This document shows, in pieces, positions 20,196-30,534 of a DNA stretch of 64,000 nt; within the stretch, counting starts at the first letter, position 1; each line of letters opens with the position of its first letter. This DNA is from Andalucia godoyi And28 (Eukaryota > Protista > Jakobida), in the NCBI GenBank assembly GCA_009859145.1, contig VRVR01000057.1:62001-126000 (forward strand), written 5' to 3'. The notes beneath the pieces are model-generated. The model made no database searches. It saw only the letters and a list, made by a program, of their open reading frames with translations, and was not told the DNA's origin. A program made the position numbers and the translations under genes.

Positions 20196-23100
20196 ATGTC
20201 ACAGCTTCTTTCCCACTGGCTCTTGCACGATGCCCAAGTTCCTGTGCCTCACGGCTCGTCATTGGAGGTCGTGTTTTCGAACGGCTACTTGTTTGCGCTT
20301 CTTCTGGATCGGTACCGTGTCCTGACTCAATGCACAGAACCCATGTCTGCTTTTCGGGCTCATGCATCAACAGCAGCGGACAAGCTCCATAATTTTCGGC
20401 TCTTGCTGCCGTGCTTTATGCATCTTGGAATTCCACTTGATCCAAGATGTGTCAATGAAGTCATGATCCAGAAGCCTGGATCTGCCCAAAAGGTGCTTGT
20501 GCAGCTCCGTGCAGTACTGGAAGGAATTGAAAGCTCTGCGATGTTCAAGAACGAGATGAATAAGCCGTTGATTGGATTTGCAGCACAGGTGTCGCGGTCA
20601 ATTCCGTCACAGACCGTGAAGGAATCGTCGGGGCACTTTGACGCAACGCTGCGTAAAATCACATCGAATCGCGATGCTACGGCACGGGAGGAGATTCTTC
20701 TTCAGAGGTTCAGAGATCGCGGCGAGAACTTTGCAGAGTGGCATAGAACTCAGCTCGATTCCGAGGAAAAGAACCATTTGGCTTCACTCGATCGGTTTCG
20801 AAATGAGGAGCGGACTCTGGAATACACGCGCAAGAAGCAGAGAAACCAACAGGAAAAGGACTGGATTGATCGGCATGCAGAATCGTTGAAAGTGAAGGAA
20901 GACCGGGAGCGCACGGAGACCCGATTCGAGCTCTCCAAACAAGAGAAGGCGCGCAGACGAGAGGATGTCGCTAGAAAAGCTGAGCAGACAGACTACCAGT
21001 TGTCTGTGGATGGATTCGAAAGAAATCTGGTTTCCTTGGGAATTGGGGCGAATGTTCACTCTTCTTCTTCTTCTTCGAATCCTACTGGGTCGTCTGCTGT
21101 TTCGAAAAAGGCTGAAACCTCGGTGGAATTTTCGAAGCTTCTTTCCTCGCAGTTCTTGTCATCCGAGGCAGTTACAAAGCAGCTGGCAGCGGATGCAGCT
21201 GTGTATTCGGATGCGATTGCACAAAAGAAGCGTCTTGAGGATGATGCACGACGGGAGCGTGCGCAACGACGACGCAAATTTGCAGTGGAGCAACAGCATC
21301 TGGCGGCAGAAATGGACACGCAGCGAGCACAAGCAGCGTTGGTTTCTCGCTTGAGAAGGAAGTCTGCAGAAGAGTCTCGCGTAGCACAGGTCATGGAGAA
21401 CGTTCGACGAGAGAAGATCGTACTGATTGAAAACAGAAAGAGCCGCGAAGCGGATTATGAACGAGTGCGCCAAGAAGAATTCCGCGTTGAAGAACTGCGC
21501 AAAAGTGAGGAGAACGAATTTCTTGAACAGCGACGTAACGCTGTCAGGAAGGAAGAGAGATTGCGGTTTGATGCTTTGCAGAGAAAAGCCAAAAGTGCAA
21601 AGACTCGTGCATTGTCAGAGTGGTTTAGATCAGATCTGGAAGCATTGGTGCAGACAGTTGTCATCCCGGTAGGCGAGTATCGTCTCAACACGCTGTCGAC
21701 GGGCCCCGTTGTCGGGCAAGACTCAGAGAAACCCCTCGTGCCAACCGCTGTGTATCGCGGATCTCTCGAACTGTGGCGAAGCACCGTCTCCGCTTCGTCC
21801 AAGACAGATCGCGATGCCTGGACATCGAGAATCGATTCTTGTGCGGTTCAAGCGCTTGTTTCGGAACACATGGACGCTGTTTCCACCTGCGTGGTGTCTG
21901 GCATTGACTCCGAAAAGGAAAAATCCATTGTTGCCCAGTTGTCTCACCTGGCATTTCCTCCTCCTTCAACGGCTTTGCCAGCATCTGATCTGTTGTATTT
22001 TTCTCAGCTTCTTTCGAGACAGAACAGCGAGCAAGCAGCACGAAGACTGTGGTTTGCCAGGGGCGCATCAGAACTTCCCGCGCCGTTGGCTCGCTACAGA
22101 ATTGCCATTACCGGTCCACCATTGTCTGGAAAATCCGAGTTGGCAAAAAAGCTTGCAAATACATACTCTCTTCTCCTTGTCCCCGTGTCCAATGATTTGC
22201 TCAATGGTCAGGACCTGGCTCCGCATGCTCGCGACCGAGTTGAAAAGGTCGTACTGCGTTATGTAGAAGACTACTTTGTCCCTGAGGTACATACCGGTGG
22301 TGTAGTGATCGATGGTTTCTGGTCCGAGACGCTTGAAGAGCTGCTGACGTGCTCTCGGGAATACCTGGCGGATCAGAGTCTTGCGATCCAACTTCGATCT
22401 GCCTTTTCGCAAGTCATATGCACTTCAGCGGACGTTGACCACATTGTACGTCGGGTGGGAAACGAGGCCGTGGACACCGATCGAACGGACTGGTGGTCAG
22501 TGCAGCAGCGCCTTTCTCGCTGGATGAGCATCACTGAACCTGCTATCCGCCAACTATATGACTCGCCTTCTTCTGGCCAGTCACCCAAGATGCGCACTCA
22601 ACTGACGTGGCTGGATACGTCGAATGAATCTGCCGTTGCAATGTTGAAGTCTTGGTTGTCGAGCGATGCCCCCGGGGAAGTCATTCCTGAACCGCCTTCT
22701 TTGCATCAACCAACTGCAGATGACGTGGCGCAAAGGGCGATTGCGCAACAGCTGCTTTCGGAACGAAATGTCATCGAACGGAAGTATCGCGATGCTGTCC
22801 ATATGGCAGTTTCTACATTGTCTTCTGCTCTTTCGCACTCTCGGGCCTTGCTAGCAAAATCTGTGGCAGTATTCAACAAGACCTTCCACTTACCGCCGCA
22901 AGCGTTTCAAGAGGTTCCCGATGACTCTGTAGGACAGTCATTGCTGGACGCTTTTCTGTACGATTTCACTTCTCCGCAACACGAACCCCTTCGCCAAGAC
23001 AGTGACTGGAAGGCCGAGTACTCTCTCAAGCTTGCCGAAACCACAGAGTCTCTTGTCAAGCGTGTGAATGAAGATGAAAAGTCTCGCTGTGAGTGTATTG

Positions 23101-24767
23101 ACCAGGCCGTCGCCTCGTCTTTAGATCCTGCGCGCTTGAAAGTGCTTGCCCGTGTGGCGGTTTCTCTCGTACAAGCTGAGATTGACTACTCTCTGTTTGC
23201 TAGCAATTGGTTCTCCCGAAGTGCGAGATTCTTTGAAATGGGTGTACGCGAGTATGTTTCTGCCCTCGGATCCCCGCTTCCCGAGCTCATAGTTGAGTTT
23301 TCTGCGGACGACATCAAGAAGAAGAAGATTCCTCAAGAGGAAGTTGAAAAACAGAAGGCCCTCGCGGATGCCTCCAGAGCTGCGCGAGAATCTCGGTCGT
23401 GGTTATCTCCTGTCCTGCTGGGCCCTCGGTTGTGGGATCTTATCAAGGACCGAGTAGAAGAAGGGAAAGATAAGGCTAAGCTTGTCAAGGAGAAGGACTG
23501 GGAGGAACACCCATCCAAGCTGATGTCGAGGATTCATGAAAAATGTGCTGGGCCCCTTGCTGAGTTTGTCAAGGCTTCTGGCCGCATTGCCGCCGCTCTC
23601 CAGTTTGTTGTTCGATTGGACGAGGAATTGACTGCCGAAGTGAAGGCTACGGTCGAAGAGCTCAAGGCATGGTCAACTGAATTGCATTCGTGTGAATCCC
23701 GCGCAGTCTCTGCCGTTCAGTGGCTTGTTTCTGAAGCAATTCTTCACGAGACCACCGTTTCTAGCGTCATTACGTCAGTGTCCGATACCCAGAACCACAC
23801 AAAGCAGAAGCTACAAGGCACGAATACAACTCCTCTGGTACGATTCATTCAGAAGCTTCAAGTCGATGAAGTTAAGAAGCGACGAACTGTGCAGCGCGGA
23901 ATTCAAGTTTCGTTCAAAGAGTCTTATCAGTTCCCCTTGCCAGTTACACGTGTCTATGACTTGGAACTTCGTACACCGTTTCTTGAGCTTCAGGTTTGCA
24001 ACGCTGAGGGCGTTACCGTTCGAAAGGTTCTGTCTGTTCTGAGCAGTGTTGGTCGAAGAAACGCTATTTATGATGGCGCAAGTATCTTGCGGTCTTTGTC
24101 GCCCTTGCTTTTGGAAGATTCGTTTGTTGCTTCGTTGGTGTCGTCTCCGATTCGCAGGCCACTCAATGCACTGTTGTACGGCGCACTGTTTGCGTCTCCT
24201 CTGTCCCTGCTGCCTGTGCCTGGAATCGCACAACTGCAGGATGTGCGCAGACAGTGTTCTGCATTGGATTTCACGGGATCCGGATACATGTCCAAGCATT
24301 CGCTGATTGAGAATGTGGTAATGTGGTTCCACGGTGCAAACGCATCTCCCAAGGATCGTGAACAATGGCTTGCTGTCTTGCGTGTGCTGTGCACAATGTT
24401 TGAGGCCGAGTTGGCCAGTGTTCCGACGCGCAATGCTGAAAACAGTCCTTCTGAGTCATATGTAGACTGGGTCTCGATGCTGCTGACGATGTCCATCCAT
24501 CCAGCTTCCTACATGGAAGGCTGCAAACGGGCATTGTCTCTCGTGGGAGATTTCGACGGTTCGTTCGGCGCGGAAGAGACCTTTTCGGGATTCTTCGATG
24601 CGGGCCGGACTCCATTCGTTTCTTCTCAGTTGATCAGCAAAGACCAGTGGCTGGCGTCTTGGGAGCGCGATGCACCTGCCTCAAAATTGAAATGGGATTC
24701 GTGGGTTGCTTGTCCTTGGGGCTCTCAGGTAGTGCGATCCACTGCTCGCCCTTATCAATGGGTGTAG
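20196..24767 (+). CDS. SPEF2: Sperm flagellar protein 2-like (central-pair CPC1/SPEF2): CH domain, coiled coil, adenylate-kinase-like P-loop
   Basis: VFSNGYLFALLL...KLHNF CH domain, long coiled coil, ITGPPLSGKSELAKKLA. Likely ATG at 20196; the track extension to 19863 is T-rich non-coding sequence and overlaps E2. Confidence 0.75.
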   Translation: MSQLLSHWLLHDAQVPVPHGSSLEVVFSNGYLFALLLDRYRVLTQCTEPMSAFRAHASTAADKLHNFRLLLPCFMHLGIPLDPRCVNEVMIQKPGSAQKVLVQLRAVLEGIESSAMFKNEMNKPLIGFAAQVSRSIPSQTVKESSGHFDATLRKITSNRDATAREEILLQRFRDRGENFAEWHRTQLDSEEKNHLASLDRFRNEERTLEYTRKKQRNQQEKDWIDRHAESLKVKEDRERTETRFELSKQEKARRREDVARKAEQTDYQLSVDGFERNLVSLGIGANVHSSSSSSNPTGSSAVSKKAETSVEFSKLLSSQFLSSEAVTKQLAADAAVYSDAIAQKKRLEDDARRERAQRRRKFAVEQQHLAAEMDTQRAQAALVSRLRRKSAEESRVAQVMENVRREKIVLIENRKSREADYERVRQEEFRVEELRKSEENEFLEQRRNAVRKEERLRFDALQRKAKSAKTRALSEWFRSDLEALVQTVVIPVGEYRLNTLSTGPVVGQDSEKPLVPTAVYRGSLELWRSTVSASSKTDRDAWTSRIDSCAVQALVSEHMDAVSTCVVSGIDSEKEKSIVAQLSHLAFPPPSTALPASDLLYFSQLLSRQNSEQAARRLWFARGASELPAPLARYRIAITGPPLSGKSELAKKLANTYSLLLVPVSNDLLNGQDLAPHARDRVEKVVLRYVEDYFVPEVHTGGVVIDGFWSETLEELLTCSREYLADQSLAIQLRSAFSQVICTSADVDHIVRRVGNEAVDTDRTDWWSVQQRLSRWMSITEPAIRQLYDSPSSGQSPKMRTQLTWLDTSNESAVAMLKSWLSSDAPGEVIPEPPSLHQPTADDVAQRAIAQQLLSERNVIERKYRDAVHMAVSTLSSALSHSRALLAKSVAVFNKTFHLPPQAFQEVPDDSVGQSLLDAFLYDFTSPQHEPLRQDSDWKAEYSLKLAETTESLVKRVNEDEKSRCECIDQAVASSLDPARLKVLARVAVSLVQAEIDYSLFASNWFSRSARFFEMGVREYVSALGSPLPELIVEFSADDIKKKKIPQEEVEKQKALADASRAARESRSWLSPVLLGPRLWDLIKDRVEEGKDKAKLVKEKDWEEHPSKLMSRIHEKCAGPLAEFVKASGRIAAALQFVVRLDEELTAEVKATVEELKAWSTELHSCESRAVSAVQWLVSEAILHETTVSSVITSVSDTQNHTKQKLQGTNTTPLVRFIQKLQVDEVKKRRTVQRGIQVSFKESYQFPLPVTRVYDLELRTPFLELQVCNAEGVTVRKVLSVLSSVGRRNAIYDGASILRSLSPLLLEDSFVASLVSSPIRRPLNALLYGALFASPLSLLPVPGIAQLQDVRRQCSALDFTGSGYMSKHSLIENVVMWFHGANASPKDREQWLAVLRVLCTMFEAELASVPTRNAENSPSESYVDWVSMLLTMSIHPASYMEGCKRALSLVGDFDGSFGAEETFSGFFDAGRTPFVSSQLISKDQWLASWERDAPASKLKWDSWVACPWGSQVVRSTARPYQWV

Positions 24768-24923
24768 CGCGTTGTGCTGCCGTTGATTGCTCCATTCGCC
24801 ATGCATAAACAGTAATAAAGGATACGTTGTTTTTTAAATCCAACATGAGAGCAGTCTGCGTTGTTTGTTTTTTTTGAAGGTGAGCGCAACACAAGAAGAG
24901 CAAAAAAGAAAATAAAGCGACGC

Positions 24924-26336
24924 TTACGTAGAGAATATCTTCCCGGGATTCATAATTCCGAGAGGATCAATTGCATTCTTCACGGCACGCATCACGTCAA
25001 CGGCGACTGGACCAAGTTCTTCGATTAAATACTTTTGCTTGCCAATGCCAATCCCGTGCTCTCCGGTTATGGTACCATCCAGTGAAATGGCTCGACGGAC
25101 CATTCTCTCATTCACAATCTTGGCTCGATCAAGTTCAGAAGGATCGTTCTTGGAAATAATAAAAAAGCAGTGAAAGTTACCATCGCCTACATGACCAACA
25201 ATTGGGGCCAGCAACTTGGCGTTTTCAATATCCTTCTTTGTTTCGCTGACACATTCCGCCAATTTGGATATCGGGACACAGACATCTGATGACCACGCCA
25301 ACGCATCGGGCTTCAATGCAGTACATGCATGCCACGCATGATGTCGTGCCTTCCACAGACGCGTTCGGTCTTCTGGAGCGAACGTCATGTGAAACTCTTC
25401 TCCTCCGAAATCCAGAGCCATCTGCTGAACCATGTCCACTTGCTCTTTTAGTGCGCTTTCAGACGCCCCATGGAACTCAAGAAACAGCGTGGGCACCTCG
25501 CGTTGTCCCAAATGCGAGTCCTTGTTGACTGCTTTTACGCATTCCTCGTCCAGAAACTCGCAGCGTGCAATGGGAATTCCGGCCTGGATGATGAGCTGCG
25601 AACACATCACTGCGGATTCCAGATTTGGAAATGCACATGACGCGGCACACACCGCAGCAGGAACGCCTTGTAAACGAAGGGTGGCCTCCGTTACGACGCC
25701 TAGAGTTCCTTCAGCACCAACCATTAACGATGTCAAATTGTACCCAGCAGATGTCTTTCGAGAACGCTTGGTTGTCTGAATTACTTCGCCCGATGGGAGT
25801 ACAACTTCGAGATTCACAGTCACATCTCGCATTGTTCCATATCGAACAGCCGTGGTTCCTGAAGCACGAGTCGAAACCATCCCCCCTAACGTCGCATCAG
25901 CGCCTGGATCCACCGAGAAAAACAAGCCAGTGTCCTTCAAATGCGCATTCAACTGGTTGCGAGTGACTCCAGCCTGCACAGTGCAATCCAAATCCTCGAC
26001 CCTTACGTTCTTGATCTGCGTCATGTTTCTGGACAGATCAAGCGACACACCACCAAACGGCGCTGTGATATGACCTTCGAGAGACGTTCCTGCTCCAAAA
26101 GGCACAATGGGAACGCGATCCTCCGCACACGCTTTCACAACTTTCGACACCTCGTCAGTGGTCCCAGGAAAGCAGACAATGTCCGGAGCCATTACCGGAT
26201 GGTACGTCAAGTCTTTCCCGTGCTGCTCAAGGACGGCACGAGCAGTCGAAACCTTGGATTCTCCCAGAATCCCAACGAGTCGAGAATGTAGTTTGTTCAG
26301 CGTGTTTGCAGTGGGCCGCGCGATTTTCGATGCCAT
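24924..26336 (-). CDS. LDHD: D-lactate dehydrogenase (cytochrome), FAD-linked oxidase family
   Basis: PFGAGTSLEGH, FSVDPGADATLGGM, GTTAVRYGTMR, GHVGDGNFH, TGEHGIGIGK. Confidence 0.92.
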   Translation of the reverse strand: MASKIARPTANTLNKLHSRLVGILGESKVSTARAVLEQHGKDLTYHPVMAPDIVCFPGTTDEVSKVVKACAEDRVPIVPFGAGTSLEGHITAPFGGVSLDLSRNMTQIKNVRVEDLDCTVQAGVTRNQLNAHLKDTGLFFSVDPGADATLGGMVSTRASGTTAVRYGTMRDVTVNLEVVLPSGEVIQTTKRSRKTSAGYNLTSLMVGAEGTLGVVTEATLRLQGVPAAVCAASCAFPNLESAVMCSQLIIQAGIPIARCEFLDEECVKAVNKDSHLGQREVPTLFLEFHGASESALKEQVDMVQQMALDFGGEEFHMTFAPEDRTRLWKARHHAWHACTALKPDALAWSSDVCVPISKLAECVSETKKDIENAKLLAPIVGHVGDGNFHCFFIISKNDPSELDRAKIVNERMVRRAISLDGTITGEHGIGIGKQKYLIEELGPVAVDVMRAVKNAIDPLGIMNPGKIFST

Positions 26337-26969
26337 CTGTGTTCACTGCTCTCTGGACTGCTTAGACCACGTCAAAATAAGAATTTTTATGTTGCCGAAC
26401 GCGTTTCTTTAAGATTCCTGCAGTGAAAACCAGCTCACGTTGGTGGCCGTGGATTGCGTCCCCTTCAGCAAAGCCGACACAGCAGCGGTCGCAGCAGTTC
26501 AAGTTTTTTCAGAATTCCCAGCTTCGGACCTTCGCCTGCGATAAGCTGCATCAATGCTAATTGGTTCTAATTGGTGTTATTGCAATACTTGCATGACAAT
26601 CGATCCTACGAATCAATCGTCAGCGAACACAACCGTGCGTTCGCACCGTGTTCTTCAACAACACCAACAACGACAGCAACAACAACAACCGGTAGCAGCA
26701 ATCTGCAGGGGGGAAAGGTCGGCCTTCATTCAACAGCTGCGTCGACGGCTGCCAACTCATCCATACTATCCGTTGATATTCACAGCAGTCTACCAGACGT
26801 TTGCGTTGGTGGAAAATACTGGATACACCGAGATAAACAGGAATTTATCGACACAAAATGATCGAATATATACGCACACGTAACATTACATATTAAGCAT
26901 CATAAACAATCAACAAACTAGGGGCTGGAATATCTGATCCTCACCGTTGGAGAAAGATCGAGAAGGCGA

Positions 26970-29267
26970 TCAACCAGTTGATTTCCGCTTTTCCGTGGAG
27001 CGCGATGCTACTGCTGCAACGGAGAGCTTCTCGGCAATTGTTCCAGAAAGTGCTTTCAGATTGCGGTCCGTTCGATCCATGCGACTCGAAATGCTCTCAA
27101 GGCGAACATTCAGATTGTTGAGCCCGGAAATGATGGTAGCAATGGCAAGAGCCTGCGACGTGGTAGAACCGCCGCCTCCACGGGCGGACATGGGACGATC
27201 TCCCAAAACTCCCATACGAGACCCAGTGCGAGAGAGAGCGGCAGCCGACGCGGCTTGGTCTGCGATCAATTCTTCTTCTCGTCGCCGAACATCTTCCTGA
27301 ATTCTCTGCACTTCTTTCAGATCTAAAGATCCATTGTCATCAACGTCATAATAATTCAAAATGATCTGTGCAACTTCGTCACCGACAAGATCAATCAGTT
27401 CTTTTCGCGAAATTCGCTGATCATTGTCGATGTCTGCCTTTTTCATGTCCAACGCAGATCCAATCTTGTGCAGCTCCTCCAAGTCCTCCTCATCCGCTGC
27501 AAGTCGTTTCTTGAGATTGAGCTTCAAGAAGTCGAAAATCTGGACACCCAAAGACTCCTGCTCTTCTTCCTTGATCTTGGTCGACATTTCCTCGTAAGAA
27601 TTACTGATAATGGCAATAAACATGTTTGCCAGAATGTAGAAAACGAGCAACATGTACATCACGAACAAGATCGGTCCCAGGATGCGATTGGCCTGTGCAA
27701 TTTCGTCGTAGTCAAAAGCACCGACAGCCGCCTGAAACAGCGTCTGCATGGAACGCGGAACTGTGGAGTAGTTGAAAAGGTCGCGACCCATTGAGATGAA
27801 GAACGCAATGGAAAACCCGAGGAAAATGATGAAAAACATGAAGAAGAACGATAACAAATCGATGGCAGCATTGGAAATTGTCTCGGACAACACGGCCATT
27901 CTTGGAAAAATCGACAAGTACTTGAACAGTTTGAAAAACATGATGAAACCGTTGATTGCATTAACGTTGGATTCCTGTGTGGACAGGTACGCCACATACT
28001 CGTAGGAGACATACGAAGAAGATCCTGCAACAACCGTCTGATCAGCCATTTTGGCGTAAACAGTAATACGAAGGGCAATTGTGACTCCGAAAAATATCAA
28101 ATTGATCCAGTCAAAGTAATTCCAGAACTTCGTGAAATACGAAGGTCCCTCGGAGAATATTTCAATGAGTTCCTCAACCATGTAGTACACAATCATCATC
28201 ACAAACAAAATTTCCAAAGCAAGAATGATGTAGTCTGTCGTGGAAACATAGGGGAACAACAGAATGGTCCGCGTGGATGCCGAGTTTACAGCACCTCCGG
28301 ACGCCGGGAATTCATTCACCATCTTCATCTGCGTGAAAAGATTCAAATTTGGATTGTAAAATGTCATGGAAGTCATCACAGCTCTCGTTGAGCGATCCAG
28401 CCACAGGCCCGAGTACAGCGTATCCAGAGTCTGCTGGGTATAAGTGGAATTATTGTTCGGGAAAATTGCAACGTACCCCGATGCCGGATACGTCGAAACA
28501 CGGGCCCAGAAGGCGATGTCTCCCGTATCGGCTGCCGATCTCCACTGGAGATAAGGTGACGAGGAAGTAAATACGGAGTTTGTCGGCTGCAGGTTACTCT
28601 TCTGCTGGTACTCATCGGAAAACTCGGGATAACAGGTAGGGACAATGGAGCGAATGCGATTGGACACATCGCAGCGCTGCGGAGCAACGCGTACCTGTCT
28701 CATTTCAATTCCTCCAATGATCATGTTCTGGTAAAGGAAGAGAAACTGCTCGTTTTCTCCCGAGAATGCATCTCCATTGTACCAATTGTCTGCATACATC
28801 TGGTTCACAAACACGGTTCGGTAGTACTCCCAAAACTCTGCAATCTCTCCGACGTCGAAGAACGTCTTCAGGACGTTTGCCTTTGGAAACTCTTCATTCA
28901 GCAGATGGTCGCGGATGTTATTCGACAGCAAATAGGAGCTCTGGCCAGACCGCACTCCAATGATAATGGTACAAAACAGGATCAAAAACAATAAATACAC
29001 TGCCGTTTCTCTGAAGAACTCCTTTGTTTTCTCCAGAATGTCGTAATCAAATCGACTCTTTGGCTGTTCAAAGTGCGGGCTTTCAAGGACGTCGTCAATC
29101 CGCACGTGTCTGCGGGCAGTCAATGCCGACGTGCCGTCTCTCGCCGATCCCGGCCTGGAAGGATTCGACCGCACGGCATCCGCAAGCGACACTCGGGACA
29201 GATCAAGAGGCGGTGCGGCACCCGTTGGCGAAGGAGACGCCACCTGCGGCTCTTTCATATCTGACAT
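26970..29267 (-). CDS. PKD2: Polycystin-2 (TRPP) cation channel
   Basis: TOP domain (RQVRV, YPASGY, LWLDRSTRAV, YNPNLNLF), 6 TM segments, WNYFDW, KLFKYL, LANMFIAII, EF-hand-like and coiled-coil tail. Confidence 0.92.
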   Translation of the reverse strand: MSDMKEPQVASPSPTGAAPPLDLSRVSLADAVRSNPSRPGSARDGTSALTARRHVRIDDVLESPHFEQPKSRFDYDILEKTKEFFRETAVYLLFLILFCTIIIGVRSGQSSYLLSNNIRDHLLNEEFPKANVLKTFFDVGEIAEFWEYYRTVFVNQMYADNWYNGDAFSGENEQFLFLYQNMIIGGIEMRQVRVAPQRCDVSNRIRSIVPTCYPEFSDEYQQKSNLQPTNSVFTSSSPYLQWRSAADTGDIAFWARVSTYPASGYVAIFPNNNSTYTQQTLDTLYSGLWLDRSTRAVMTSMTFYNPNLNLFTQMKMVNEFPASGGAVNSASTRTILLFPYVSTTDYIILALEILFVMMIVYYMVEELIEIFSEGPSYFTKFWNYFDWINLIFFGVTIALRITVYAKMADQTVVAGSSSYVSYEYVAYLSTQESNVNAINGFIMFFKLFKYLSIFPRMAVLSETISNAAIDLLSFFFMFFIIFLGFSIAFFISMGRDLFNYSTVPRSMQTLFQAAVGAFDYDEIAQANRILGPILFVMYMLLVFYILANMFIAIISNSYEEMSTKIKEEEQESLGVQIFDFLKLNLKKRLAADEEDLEELHKIGSALDMKKADIDNDQRISRKELIDLVGDEVAQIILNYYDVDDNGSLDLKEVQRIQEDVRRREEELIADQAASAAALSRTGSRMGVLGDRPMSARGGGGSTTSQALAIATIISGLNNLNVRLESISSRMDRTDRNLKALSGTIAEKLSVAAVASRSTEKRKSTG

Positions 29268-29486
29268 CTTCTCGGAACTTGCCAGCAGACAGAGAAATAT
29301 GTATTACTCCTATTGTTGCTGCTGATGTTACTGTTACTGCTAATATGCAGGCAAAGACGGAACGACACGGAGAGAGAAAGACGTACAAAAAGATACAAAA
29401 AACAAAACTATAATATAATATACAGTGATATCGGCAGCGAGAAGACGCAAGAGAAGAGAAATGGGGAGAAAAGGAGAAAAAGGAGA

Positions 29487-29545
29487 AAAGAAAACGGGGA
29501 AAAGAAACGGGGAAAAGAAACGGGGAAAAGAAACGGGGAAAAGAA
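29487..29545 (+). repeat. 13-bp minisatellite AAAGAAACGGGGA, about 4 units
   Basis: Directly visible between PKD2 and the complex I subunit gene. Confidence 0.85.
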
Positions 29546-29815
29546 GACGAAGAGACGACGAGACAAACGGAAAAAAACAGAGTGGGCGTTTGCACTGTTT
29601 GCATCCTGATTCCCTCCCCGAATCCCCCGAATTTCCGATCCCCATCCTCTTCAGTGCAACCCTCGCACAATACAAATGACCAAACCCTATCTATTTCTTT
29701 GAGCAAGAAGGACACAGAGCATCAAATTCCTTTTGGGTTTCTTTCTTTCACTGTTCTGCATTCTGTGTGGTCTTTTGTTTGAGTTGCTGTTCGTTTTGCA
29801 GTGTCGCAGAGGATT

Positions 29816-30103
29816 ATGGAGAAGCCCTCGTACCCAGTGATTAATCCGGCGCCTACAGTTGGGCAAACTGTGTCGAATTTTTCGTTTTCAGACTGGACAA
29901 TTGCAGTCACGTGTCCTGCCGCCGCCGGGGTTTATGGATATCTTGCAGGAAAGCCTCTTCCGAAGCAGTCAGCAGTTGTCGCAGCCCTCATTGGAGGCCT
30001 CGGCGGTTACTTTCTTGCATATCAGTATTCGAGCGCACGCTTGATGGGTCTCAAGGAGAACTCGAGAGAACAGTCCAAGTTTGGAATTCCAAATCCGCAG
30101 TGA
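29816..30103 (+). CDS. NADH:ubiquinone oxidoreductase 20.9/21-kDa subunit (NUXM-like)
   Basis: YPVINPAP...VSNF...DW, two TM segments, AYQYSSARLMG..EN are typical of this family. ATG at 29816. Confidence 0.8.
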   Translation: MEKPSYPVINPAPTVGQTVSNFSFSDWTIAVTCPAAAGVYGYLAGKPLPKQSAVVAALIGGLGGYFLAYQYSSARLMGLKENSREQSKFGIPNPQ

Positions 30104-30534
30104 CGAGAGTGTTGATCAATCCAACTCCCACTCGTACACATCCAAATACATATATACACACACGCATACACATACATGCAGATTGCATTTTCTTCTCGTT
30201 TGCCCTTGTGAACTCCTCGGTTGTTGTGTTTCCACACTCGCGTGAAGTTTCGACTGATTTTTCATGTACAATTGATAAATATGCCTTTTCTTTCTTTCCC
30301 ATTTTGACTTTTTGGTTCCTTTTAAGCCTCACTGGCTGTAGCTGTTTTGTATGAGTTGGCTCTGTCTCTCCGCAGTGTCTGATGTGAGTGTTTTCACCTT
30401 ATTTCGTCGTCTTTGCAGTATAGGATCACTGTCTGGGATGACGGTCGGACAGCAGGGAGGTATTCGAATGTGAGAATCCAAGCGTCTGACGATCTCTGTT
30501 TTCCACCATTGCTGTTGCTGTTGCTGCTGCTGCG

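Noticed and set aside
26540-26900. Gln-rich short ORF between LDHD and PKD2
   Set aside because: Explained by a degenerate (CAA)n tract; no family motif
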